Assembly (NCBI RefSeq): GCF_009914755.1
Contig: NC_060925.1
Length of the DNA stretch: 64,000 bases
DNA from: the human T2T-CHM13v2.0 reference genome, Homo sapiens
Strand: one strand, 5' to 3'
Shown here: positions 43,031-55,979 of the stretch, one piece after another
How positions within the stretch are numbered: position 1 is the stretch's first letter
Layout: every line of letters starts with the position of its first letter
Translations under genes and position numbers: made by a program
The notes under the pieces: generated by a model
The model's input: the letters and a program-made list of their open reading frames with translations, nothing else
What the model was told of the DNA's origin: nothing
The model's database searches: none

Positions 43031-45031
43031 AGTGGTAGCTTAGACCCCAAGATTAAAACAGTGTCAGTGAGAAAATACCAGTTACAGAGATAGTCAGGAA
43101 CCTTTAAGAAACAAGATGCTGGATGTTACATTGAAAAATATGTGCTGAGCTGTGCTGCTCTGTAACTACCTGCCCTGTTGTGAATCTGACCCACAATGCC
43201 TGTGAGAGTGGTGTTTTCTCTGGAGGATTCAAAGGAAAGGACAGTTGCCTTCTTCCTTGTGTTGCTACAGGGCAGAGAGAATACTGCAGGAGGTGAGGGG
43301 CAGAACAGAGTTTATAACCTCAACTGCAGTGTGAAAATGCTGGTTACCTCCACCATGTCTTACGGTGTAGCAGCCATATGTTTTGAGTTGGGTAGATCCC
43401 AACCACCTTCAGGGATAAGCCCTGATTGCCCTAAGCCATTCATCATAATCCCATTTCCCTGGCCTTGGATGGCTATATAACCTACATTGATTCAATCAGA
43501 CTGAGGTTCTGGACTCTTGCTCAGTATTAAACACATGTATGACCTAGAAGTGCTGCAGCCATTTTGCTACTACGAGGAACCCAGTCTGAAGACAAATTGT
43601 GTACAAGGGAAGGGGCAGAGCCAAGAGAATTATGGAATGAAATCCAGTTTGATTAGATCATGCCTGAAATTTTCTAATTACTACACCTTTCAGTTATATG
43701 AACCAATGAATTTCCTTTATTTTTCAAGCCAGTTTGAGTTGGCTTTCTGCTAGTTGCAATAGAAGCATCTGTAGAAATTAGAGCAACAGGTGATGAGGAA
43801 AGATGTACTGAAATTTCCGCAGGATCTGGTGATGAGGAGAAGCACAAGTTATACCACCAAATATGGAATGGAGGCTTAATAGGTTTAAAAATAATATTAA
43901 GGGGGAAGTTTGACTGAGGAACTCTGGCAAATGCCACTTGACTGACACATATGATATCTAGTAGCTTAGTGAAGTTTAGGGATGGTTCCTTGAGAGAATC
44001 AACTAGAAAGCCTTTTAAAACTCCTTTGAAGAGAATATAAGCTCTTGAAAAGATCCCAAAGATCAATCATTTCATCAAACAGCTGGGGAAACTGAGGCCC
44101 AAAGAGGTTATGTTTTAGTTAGTACTTAAGATGGGGCCAGGTCCTGGGTGTCCAGATTTCTCATGAGGGTTCTATCAACTCATGAAAGCTCATCATCTTA
44201 GATGTGTATAATGAAAAACTTTCATTTTCATCTACTCACATTGAATCTCATTGACTCTATTTTTTCTTCCTCACCCAGCTTCTAAAGATCTTTTAGGAAT
44301 TTAGCAGAAAATAGGTAACTGTCAGTCAAATTTACCATCACTTGCTGATGTGGGGAATTCCTGGGGTGCCCCATGTCCAGATCAGTTATGTAAGCCCTGA
44401 GTGAGATTCATCTGTCACAGGCTCATTGCCTCCTTAGCTCCTGGTGGTTTGAAGCTTCCCTTGGATTTGGCATCTTGTCCTGGGTTCTTGCACCTACTCT
44501 CCTTGGGGTTCAGTTCTCTCTCCTGGATTTTGAGCACAGTGGCACCAACTCCCTTATTCCTGGTGCAGGTGGAGCCGGCTCTGGCTGTGGTCGTGGATTC
44601 TGCCATGATCTCTCCAGGTCCTACCTGAGAATTTGATAGTCCTTGACTTTTCTCTTTTTACCCCCAACATGGCTTTGTCAAGCCCTGGGATTCTATCTGA
44701 TGTCTACCACCTTTCTTGTCTTTAAACCACTCTTTCAATCCCCACCTCATTATCTTTTGCCTGGACCATTACAATAGTTACTAAAGGCCCTAAACCAAAA
44801 GGATCTGAAGAAATGTGCACCTTTTCTGTGGGAATAATGTAAATAATAGAATTTACTGAGCACTTAATGTGCAGAGCTCTGTTCTAATCTCATTATAGTT
44901 ATTAACTCTCCAAACAACCCTATGCATTATTGCCATTTTTTAAACTGTGAAACTTAAGCACAGAGGAGTTAAGTAACTTGCCCAAGATAACAATGACAGT
45001 GGTTGGCTTTGAATCCCAGAGGTCTGGCTAC

Positions 45032-45276
45032 AATAATGTTTGACCAAATATCTGGGCTCTCCATAGCCCAGTCAGGTTGACATATAAAATTAACCATCAC
45101 AGGGAGCAGAAGAAATATAAAACAAGTGGGATAAATTGAAAATATACAACGAGATGATAAATCTATACCCAAACATATCAGTAACTTCTGTTGAAACTAA
45201 TCGAGAAAAGAGAGAATGTACAAATAACCCAGGTCAGGAATTAAAAAATATTAATCACTGCAGATCTGCAGACATT
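45032..45276 (+). repeat. Dispersed direct copy of 39899-40144 (MLT2 end + L1M junction)
   Basis: Colinear match of about 80% across the LTR/L1 junction; interrupts a MIR. Confidence 0.88.
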
Positions 45277-45859
45277 CTCCTGAATGCTCCAAGAGCCTGC
45301 ATTATTAACCCCATACTAATAATTCACCAAACATTGGATAATTGTTACGTGTCAGGCACTGTGCTAGGCACTGAAAATATTGAGTAAATACCTGCTCCTG
45401 GGGAGCTTATGGGCTAATGGAAGTGACAGTTACAAACAAAATGTTACATCATTAACAAGAGCTTTAATAGAAGAACGTATACCATGATGTGGCAATACAG
45501 AGGAGGGGCCTAGGGAGCTGTGTGAGGCTTCAGGAAGACATCTCATTTTAGCTAACGTGTGAGGACTGAGTTGGAATTTGATAGACAGTGAGGGAGTGTG
45601 TTTAATGGGATGCTGGAAGGGAGACTAACTCAAGGGATGGTCTGTCTTATCCAGGGAATGCCAAGGAGCTGGGTGTGGCAAGAGCATGGAGTGTGCGTTT
45701 GGAGGGGCAGGTGGCTGGGGGCAGGTGGGAAGAGGTGGGGAGTAGTGGATAAAATGGCATTTGAGACCAAATTTAAAGCATCTTGTCTCCACAGCTGCTA
45801 AGTTGTAAAAACTTTATTTTGTGAAGAATAAGATAATGACATGATCAGATTTATGTGCT

Positions 45860-46181
45860 TTGTTTTGCTCTGGTTTTCGAGACAGGGTATCTCTCTGTCG
45901 CCCAGGCTCGGGTGCTGTGGCACGATCATGGCTCGCTGTAGTCTCCGCCTCCCAGGCTCAAGCCATTCTCCCACTTCAGCCTCCAGAGTATCTGGGACTA
46001 CAGGCGTGCGCCACCACACTGGGCTAATTTTTTGCTTTTTTTTTTTTTTTTTTTTTTTTTTTGTAGAGACAGGATTTTGCCACATTGCCCAGGCTGATCT
46101 CCAACTCTTGGGCTTAGGTGATCCACCCCTCTTGGCCTCCCAAAGTGCTGGGATTACAGGTGTGTGCCACCACATCTGGCC
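45860..46181 (-). mobile_element. AluJ-type SINE with expanded central poly-T
   Basis: Alu arms; TSD-like tcagatt(t/g)atgt. Confidence 0.9.
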
Positions 46182-48752
46182 TCTCAGATTGATGTTTCAT
46201 GAGATAGAGTACTGGACAGAGTGGAGGACACATTCATCTAATAAATAAATTTTAGTTGCACAAGACCCTATGCAGATAACTAGATACTATCTCAGATCTT
46301 GAGAAGCCCACACATGTTCTGAAAAAGATGTCCATCAAAACCTCATATTTCAAGGAGCCAAACATTGAGTCCTATGTGAGAAGTCCTGAATGCTCCAAGT
46401 GCAGTGACAGTTCAGACAGGAAAGATTCCTTTAGGCCACAGAGGGGTGGAGGAAGTGGGGCTGGCATCAGAAGGCTGGGTCCTGAATGATTATTGTGATT
46501 TCAATATGGCTTGCTCCTTGACGCACGTTCTAGCACAGCTAGGTGATAGAAATGACCGTTGTGAGTGTGTGGAAAGGTGGTGTCCACATCGGCCAGAGTG
46601 CCAGTGTGTAAAGCCAGGTCTTGATTGACCAGCTGAAACGAGATTCCCAAAGTGCAGTACCCCTAGGCTATGTCCTAGATGATTTTTGGTGGTACATGAT
46701 AGACATCTAAAGTCTATTAGTTAGGTGTTTATATTAATATGTACTGAAAATACTTAACAAGAAATGATAATGTTGCTTCTGACTATACAAGAAAATGAGG
46801 CAATTTAATCAATAACTGGAAGTAATAATATGGATGGTGCACAGATATGACAAAAATTGTTGAGGAAATATGCAAATAACTGAACATTTGGGGGAATTGG
46901 GCTAAGGAGTTTAGGAAAATTTAGGAGGGTAGGCACCATAAGTGTTAAAGAGTGGTGCTTCTTTAGAAAGATCAAGCTGAGAGCTGGTGTAAAATGGATT
47001 AAATTTTAAAAAGTAGAGGCCTGAGCTGGAGACACCAGTAAGGAAACTGTGGTAATGCTTCAGTGGAAAGAGTTTCCTTTATAAGGAATCTGTGCTACTT
47101 TTCCTTCACACGTCCCTGTACTTGCTCAAGGTCTCACTGTAAATGCATCAGCTTGCTTCACATGGAAGTGACACTTGCTATCAGAAGTGCCCACAATCTC
47201 TTCTGCTGCTTTGCTGAAAAATAGACATTTCTTGATTTTGGCAGTGGTGTTTTGACGATTTGACACATTATACATCACAGTTTCATTTCTGGACTCCTTT
47301 CCTTGGAATCAATGCCACTCTTTTTGCATCAAAAAGTTTTCATCGGAAGGCAATGGCAGAAGTCTTCCACAAAAAAAGGTAAAAATAAGACTTTCAAAAA
47401 CTATCAGGCCAGTGCCTCAAAACTGCAAAGAAACCTGAGCTCTACCCCAGTGAAACTAAGCAGTGCAGAGGCAGCAAAGGCTCCTCCTCCCACCCCAATG
47501 TCCAACTCTTGTGCAATGTTTAACTTCAGTCCTTTTGCAATGTCTGCTTTCTTTGAAGAATTGTGGATTTCTTAAGATACTGTAACCCACATTTGCAATG
47601 TTCTTCCTGTGAGAAATTATGCATTAAATTAGCACATTTTGAGCAAATCTTGCCTATTCGGGAAGGAGACTACATAGCTATTTCAACGGATGGATCTCTT
47701 GCAGCAGGAGAAGTGGCTCTGGTCCCTCTTGGATGCTTTCTGCTTAAAGCCTTGGAAGCTTTCTGCTGGCAGATCCTATGGACTCATTTTCTTGACATTT
47801 TGAACATCCAGAATCTTGTCTATAGATAACACACTTATCCCTTCCTTCATTCTCCCAAGGAGGGGAACACTTCAGGGTCAACCTTCATCCTTAGATGAAT
47901 AGGTTTAGACATACTTATCAACGGAATAAATACACTCTTCAGTTTCCTCTGCCACCTCTTAACTACTTTTAGTGGCTTATGTATTGAATGATGCCTTATC
48001 TCTCTGAAAGCTACAGAGGAGTCAGAGAGTGAGGCCTAGGGAAGGGTTGTATGACATGTGACCTTATTTGAGGTGCCATCTAGCAGCTTCTTTGTCTACT
48101 TCCCATCTCCCAAGCCTCCATATGGCTTGCCTCTTGACAAGATGGTGCCTGAAAGAGTTGCTTCCTAGGCAAAACCACAGGTAAATCCAGTTTGTCCTTG
48201 ATGATCCTCCCACCTTTCCTTTGGAATCTGTAGTAGATATCTGGTGGATTTTGTTTGTTTTACCAGGATCCCTTTTCAGTTCTTTGGAAACATCACCCCA
48301 ATTTCTTTGTGATTTTCCTGTGGGAACACCCCTCCCCCTTGGAAGCTGTTTTATCAAGGAACTGTCAGTTTAGGTGTGTTGTCTTCTGGCAAGAAATGAG
48401 CATGTGACCCAAGTGTGGCCCATTAGAGTCTGTCTCTGTGGAACTTGAATCTTGAGAAGAGTGACACAGGGCTTAAGAGTGCCTGGAGCACATTTGTCCT
48501 GAGGTGGTGTGTCTCAGTCCCCACCACCTGGATCTGCAGCAACTTTTTTCTTCCCATCCATCTCAAGGCCCAGTTGTTCAGCCTTTCTTTTGATGCTACA
48601 ACATCTTCTTGAAGTAAATTATTTTTTTTTTTTCTAAAGTAAACCGGACTCTGTTACTGTTGCTTATAATCAAAGAAACTTGAAAAATCCATCCTCTACT
48701 CATTTTCTTCGTCCTTTTCTAGGCTTCTTCCCAACCTAAAGCTCTTTAGTGG

Positions 48753-49105
48753 TGTCTTAGTCATTTGGGCTGTTATAAAAAATACCATACAGTCAGTGCC
48801 TTATAAAAAACAGAAATTTATTTCTCATGGTTCTAGAGGCTGGAAAGTCCAAAATCCAGGTGCTGGCAGATTTATTGCATAGTGAGGGCCCACCTCCTGG
48901 TTCATTGATGACAGTCTTTTTGCTGTGTCCTCATGTGGAGGAAGGGGCAGAGGAGCCCTCCAGGCCTCTTTTTAAAAGGGCACTAATCCCATCACAACCC
49001 AGAACACTCATGACCTAATCAACCCCCAAAAACCTCCCTCCAAATACCATCACATTGAGATTAGGTTTCAGTATGTGAATTTTGAGGGACACAAACATTC
49101 GGATG
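48753..49105 (-). mobile_element. MLT1A-like MaLR LTR
   Basis: tgtcttagtc...cagaaatttatttctcatggttctagaggctggaaagtccaa. Confidence 0.82.
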
Positions 49106-49514
49106 ACAGAAAGTGGCTTCACATTTCTATGAGAATAAGACCCAAGTCTCAACCACAATCTGTAAGGCCCAGCCCTATCCGGCTGTCTGGCCCATGGGGA
49201 CCGCTCTGCCCACCCTCCCACCCTGACTTTTCCTTTGCTCCCTCTTCCACCCCACTCACCTTCTCTCATTTCTTTGGGTGCTCCCTGCTCTCTCATCACA
49301 GGGATTTCACAGCCGCACCCCTCTGCCTGCAGTGCTCTTGAGTCTGCCTTCCCATGCCCTCCACATGCCCTTGGCAGGGTTGATTAGGTTAGGGGCTTTC
49401 TTAATGCACCTGGTACTTCTGCATCATGGCACTCACCTCAATTTGTAATTGGATATGTACATGTTGATTATTTGATTATTGCTTATCTCCCTCAATAGAC
49501 TATAAGCTTCATGA

Positions 49515-49891
<377 letters not shown>

Positions 49892-50580
49892 TTAAATTTC
49901 TTTATTATAGGTTCAGGGGTACATATGCAGGTTTGTTACATGGATATATTGTGTGATAGCGAGATTTGGGCTTCAATTGAACTTGTCACCCAAATAGTGA
50001 ACATAGGACCCAATAGGTAGTTTTTAGACCCTTGCCCCCTGCCTCCCTCCTTCATTTTTAAAGTCCTCAGTGTCTGTTGTTCTCATCTTTGTGTCCATGT
50101 GTACCCAATGCCAAAAAATTTTTGTGGAATGAATACGTTTTAAAAAGTGAAGTCTGACCTTGTCAGACCACCTGAGAGATGAACCTGTGTTCCTAGCCTT
50201 CTTCTCACAATACGATTTCTGAGCTTCCTCTGCTCCCTTTAGGGCTCTGGTCTGCACTAGCATTTGATGGCTGGAATAGTTTAACAGCACACATAAGCAT
50301 GGTTTTTGCTAACATGCTTTCCTACAGTTCTTCTTTCTCTGGCTTTCTATTGTACTCCTGTCTAATGTTGACCTCCTGCCACTTGATTATATTCTCCTAC
50401 TGAGGCCTATTTTGTGATAGAATGGTTACATTCTTGAAAGCAGGAACTAGCGGGATAAAGGCTAACTCTTTTCCTGGTTCTGCCCCTTTGTAGCTGGGTG
50501 GACATTGGCTAATTCATTTAACTTCACTGAAACTTAATTTACTCATTTTAAAAATGGGGATGATATCTGTTCCACTAAAT

Positions 50581-50890
50581 ATAGCTGTCCCTTGATGTCC
50601 ATGGTGGAGCAGCTACAGGACTGCCTGCAGATACCCCAGTCCACGGATGCTCAAGTCCCTTATGTAAAATGGTGTAGTATGTGCATATAACTTACACACA
50701 TCTTCCCGTGTGCTTCAAATACTCTTTAGATTACTTAAAATACCTAATACAATGTAAATGTTATGTAAATAATTGTTATGCTGTATTGTTTAGGAAATGA
50801 CAATAAGAAAAATGTTCAGTATAGACACATCCATTTTTTAAAAGAAAATATTTTAGATTCACAGTTGGTTGAACCTGTGAATGCAAAGAG
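50581..50890. mobile_element. MER2-like Tigger element
   Basis: ccacggatgctcaagtcccttatgtaaaatgg...tacctaatacaatgtaaatg. Confidence 0.78.
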
Positions 50891-50959
50891 ATAATCAATG
50901 TCAAGGCACTTCAGAAAGTTGCTAAATTAATACATAATGTAAGAAGTATTTATTATTAC

Positions 50960-51318
50960 TTTACACCTGAATGTTTGTGTCCCCCCCATTCATATGTTAA
51001 AATCGAAACCTCAAAGTTGATAGTATTAGGAGATGGGGCCTTTGGGAGGTTATTAGGTTATGGGGTGGGGCTCTCATGAATGGGATGAGTGCCCACATGA
51101 GAGAGGTCTGAAAGAAAACCCCTTCCCCTTCTACCATGTGAGGACACAGAAGGCACTATCCATGAACCAGAAAGCGGGCCCTCACCAGACATCGAATCTG
51201 CCAGCACCTTGATCTCGCACTTTCCAGCCTCCAGGACTTCGAGAAATAAATTTCTGTTGTTTAAAAGCTATACAGTTTACGGTATTTTGTTGTGAGCCGG
51301 AGTGTACTGAGAGGATAC
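50960..51318 (+). mobile_element. MLT1A0-like MaLR LTR
   Basis: ctgaatgtttgtgtccc...ccctcaccagacatcgaatctgccagcaccttgatc...aataaatttctgttgttt. Confidence 0.82.
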
Positions 51319-52433
51319 CTTTCTGATATTCATCATAAGATTTGGTTTCTGGTAGGCACTCTCCAAATGCTATATAGTGCTTTATTGTAGCTGCCCTTAC
51401 TTCAGATAGTGAGTGAAATAAGATGTGCTACTAGTTACGCTGAGTACGTACCAAGAGCCAGGCACGGAGCTAAGGGCTTCGCATGTGATGCTTCCGTGGA
51501 TCCTTGCAATATTATAAAACTGACGTTAGTTTTTCTCATTTGACTGAGGACAAAATGAGGCTAGAAGAGGTTAAGCGACTTATTCAAGGCCACATAGCTT
51601 ACAAATTGGGGAGCTGGGATTCACGTACAAGCCACTGATTCCGAGGGCAGTGCTGTTCACCAGGGTCCACACGGCCGCCTTTACCCTGCACATCCTTTCC
51701 GGGGCGGACCAAAAGTTATACTTTACTGAGGGCGTCCTATGTTCTGGGCACTAAGCAGGCTGATACACATACTTCCCCTCACTTAATGTTTACATATTAT
51801 CATCATTTCACAAATGAGGAAACAGAAGCTTAGAGCGAAAAGCTGCACTGTTGCCCCCGGGTAGGATACAGAAAGCTGCAACAGGCCGCCACTGCTACTA
51901 TTGCAATAATAGAGAAAAGTGGATCAATTGTGAAAATCCCATATTTAAAGACAATGGAGAGCAGTGGAAGCAACGAGCAGGACAACTGAACTAGAGAAGG
52001 AAGCATCCTTCCTAGGCCCTCATCCCACCTCACTTTCTTCCCTCTGGGCATTTGCCTATTCAGAGCTTGGGTGAGGGCTTGACCTAAGCCAGCGAGACTC
52101 TGAGGAGGGAGAGAGGAAACAGAGGTTGTAGCAGTTTCTCGGGAAAGGCATGACAGACTAGAAACCAGAGGAGCCCTAAAGGTAAGACAGGTTTTCCCCG
52201 AGGGACATTTGCTAAACTCTGGGATGCCGATAAGGAGGCTCAAAAACATGGGATCTAACACTCACTAAATCTGGGGCTGAGTGCCCGCACCACAAGACAG
52301 TTTTGTTTTGAATTTCTTTCCTGGGGCCTGTCAAGCCCAAGAGATCAAATTTGCCCACCTTTTCCCTGGAACCTTTACATTCCTCAGCACCAATTGTCTG
52401 GATTTTTTGCGGCAGGTAGATTTTTCCCAGACA

Positions 52434-52452
52434 TTGGCGCCCCCTGCTGTCA
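52434..52452 (-). promoter_or_regulatory. Strong CTCF-binding motif
   Basis: Minus strand TGACAGCAGGGGGCGCCAA, near-consensus for the CTCF core; CpG retained. Confidence 0.7.
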
Positions 52453-52484
52453 GACAGCAGCTTTGCAGGGACTTGGAGCCTGGC

Positions 52485-54099
52485 TCACAAACCATCGTAA
52501 TGCTGATGGGGACAGAAAATAAAGGGTCGCTGGATGTCCGCAGGGTACTGCTGAGCCTGGTGGGCTGCTCAGGAAACCACAGGTCATCTGGAACGCCTCA
52601 GACTGCCCCAGCCCCACGCTGCTGCTGGCTGCTTCCCGGTGTCGGTGGCAGAGTCTGGGACCTTGGGAGCCTTTTACCGTGCTCCCAAGAATCAGGGGTT
52701 TAACCCCAATGGATGATGACTTCCAAAGTCTGAGATGGGCTAGTCTCACTGGTTTCTACCAGTGAGACTCGTCCTGAGTGTTAACTCTACCTGACTTGTC
52801 CTGAGTGTTAACTGTCCAGACTGGTAGATACCTGTGGCTTCAAGTCCCTGTCTGTAAAATGAAGTCAACGGTGCCCACTGCACAGGGCTGTTTGTGCGTT
52901 AAATGAGACAGTGTGTATGGAGGGCTTAGCATTGCCTGATATAGAGTTAGAGCTGGGTTACTAGTGAGAATAGCAGTGGAAATTCTTGTTGTTAGGGCCG
53001 CCCCCGCTCCATCTTCCTCAAGCTCCTCGAAGGGAGCTGCACTGGCCACCTCTTAGAAGTGGTGAGAGCTGGCCTGAATGCTCTGGGCCGTTCGGACATC
53101 CTCAGCCTTCCTTACAATGGGACAGCAGGAGTAGGATCCTGGTACTCAGGGCTGAGAAAGAGGAAGACCTGGGCTTGGGAGAGGAGACACCAGACAGTTC
53201 CCTGGACTTCAGCCTCCTTTCTGTGACTGGCTAGCATTAGCTGTTCTCAAACCTCAGGCCTGTGGAAGCTGAGTCGTCTTCCTAAGTAAATTGCTAAAAC
53301 TGTCTCTGGAAAACTGTCTTTGTGAAGGCTGCATCTCAGTCTCACATTCAAGGATGAAACTCTGACTGCCCTAAATGGAGGAGTTGACAGAGCTAATGGA
53401 GAGCAGTGGTTAGATGACACAAGATTGTTCTTGACTTGGAGAACTGCTCTTCTGACTGCTTTGTGTGGGCGTCACATGCTGGCTGCTAGGGAATCCATGG
53501 GTGTGGGGGTGAAATGCTGTCTGGGGACTTTTTGGTGCCAGACTTCTGGGATGAGACAGCCTGGATGGGGGCCTCGGTCCTCCAGTTTCCTGGGGAGCTA
53601 AGACCTTTGGAATACGGGGCTTCAGCTCTGGATTGCACCCATTTCCTGGTTTGTAGTTTCCCTAGCTCTCAGGTCACCCAGTCACCAGCACCCTTAGCAG
53701 CAGTCTCACGGAGGTTTATTTCCTGGCAAGAAAGAAAACTTCTCATCCCTCTATTTTGAAAGCACACACCATTCCTTGGGTGCCCATCTGCACTCCCAGG
53801 TCTTGCCACCCACTCCCTCATGGGCCCTGCTGTGATCCTGTCCCACAGTGGGCCTTGCCTCACCTCTGGCTGGAGAGGTTGCAGCTGGTTGCCAAGCCCC
53901 TGGAATGCCCTCCCAGGGTCCCAGAGTCTGCTACCCACACAGAGATGGAGCCAGCAGCAGTGTGAGGCTGGGGCCGAGTCTGAGGCCTTCCAGGCGACCT
54001 GTGCTTTCCTGGGCAGCCTGCCAGGCCCCAGCAGCAGTCTGCAGACATTGAGTGAGCCTTTATTTCCTGTCCCCATCAGCACTATGACTCAGTTTGTGA
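52485..54099. repeat. Inverted duplication: arms 52485-52669 and 53910-54099, ~1.24-kb spacer
   Basis: Manual alignment of arm A to the reverse complement of arm B gives ~36 differences over ~190 columns (~80%). Confidence 0.9.
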
Positions 54100-54158
54100 C
54101 TTTTTTACCTGCTCACCTATGTTACCTTAGGTTTGGGCCTTGTGACTTCGTTTTGTCC

Positions 54159-54396
54159 TAGGGTTGCCAGAAAAAATGCAAGATGTCCAGTTAAATTTGA
54201 ATTTCAGATAGATAAGGAATCATTTTTTTTTTAAGTATGTCCCAAATATTGCATGAGTTATCCTCATCCTAAAAAGTGATTCCTTGTTTATCTGAAGTTC
54301 AAATTTAACTGACTGTCCTATATTTTTATTCACTAAATTTCTATTCACAGTTAACTGGGCATCCTATATTTTTATTCAGTAAACTTGGCAACCCTG
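54159..54396. mobile_element. MER53-like palindromic hAT MITE with internal tandem duplication
   Basis: agggttgcca...tggcaaccct TIRs; agttaaatttgaa(t/c)ttcagata inverted pair. Confidence 0.8.
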
Positions 54397-55634
54397 TTCT
54401 CATCTCCCCCATCAGAGGGGGACTTCCTGAACTCAGGAACTTTCTGAACTTTCTCGGGGAGGCTTCCAGCCTGACTGCAGGGACTTAACCCCACTGTTTA
54501 GAAGAATCATAATGGATGATTTCTTCCTCAGACTGGGAGATCCTTGAAGGTAGGACTTGTGTCCCCCTCCCACTGCCACACCTTAGATGCTCGAACTAGG
54601 GCCAAGGGGCTCAGCACCTTGTGAACGAGGTAGGTCCCCTTGGGGCTAAAACCACAGGGACCTTGGTGCTGTTTGCCTGCTCAAGGGACCATATTTCCTG
54701 AAATGGCACAGGGCTGGTGAGCGGCAGGGAGCCTTGAGAGGAGATTCCCTGGGATCACATGTCCTGTGACAGCTGCTGGGCTGGGGAATGTGCTCTGAGC
54801 TAGGTGGGCTTCCTGTGGGGGCCTCATGTCATTTTACCAGATACAGAGGTGCATTTTACCCTTTCTGCCACATATGGTATGAGATAATGGGCAGGCCTGG
54901 ACCCTGTTTTCTCTGCCCGATGGCCTATCAATTTCTTGCCTCATCTCAGAACAAAGGGCTAACTCCTTATATAGATGAGGGGAAATGATTTGCCCAGACA
55001 CCAATCAAATTAAGGGAAGAATTGGGACCAGGATAAGTTCTTTTGGTTCTCAGTCCAGTGCTCAGCACAAGTCTGTCTTTCTGTGGGCAGCAAGGACTTG
55101 AGGCAGGACGTTTACTGGAGCCCTGAGCCCTGGCAGCAGCAACTGGTTATTGCTTCTGTTCTCAGCAGTGATGACAGAGAGTGTCAAAACCGAATATTCA
55201 CTGGAGGCAGAGTCTGAACACTTCACATAAGATGTGGTGAATCATATGGTTGAAGGGAAATCCCTGCAGGTTATACACTGATAGCCTAGCTAATTTTAGG
55301 GAGATAGACAGGGAGAGCTTCTGGTGTTTATGTTTTGAGATTTCCCTTTTTTTTTTTCTCCATAAAGGAAAAATAAACTTTGTCCTTGGGTGGTGAAGCC
55401 GAGGAGGCCTCTGGAAGCTGTGCTCAGTTAGTGACAATGCCAAAGTATGAACACTCCTGTAGATTGCCCCTGGGCTCACAGGATCCTTCGCCTTCCCCTC
55501 CCGTCCTTAGCTCTCCACTCATTTCTAGAAACCCTTGCAATGTGCACGGGCCATTCCAGATGTTACTGTGTTAGAGGCATAGAGGTTACTGGGTCCTACC
55601 TGCAAGGGTGTCTCTTTCTCAAAAGGGCAGACTT

Positions 55635-55979
<345 letters not shown>

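Noticed and set aside
47060-47830. Repeat-poor stretch suspected to be a processed pseudogene or lncRNA exon
   Set aside because: The frames I translated close quickly; no poly-A/TSD or recognisable homology; cannot be supported from sequence alone
52281-54082. Two ORFs with similar peptides that look like a paralogous gene pair
   Set aside because: The similarity comes from the DNA inverted duplication; indels shift the frame between copies, and there is no recognisable domain or splice structure
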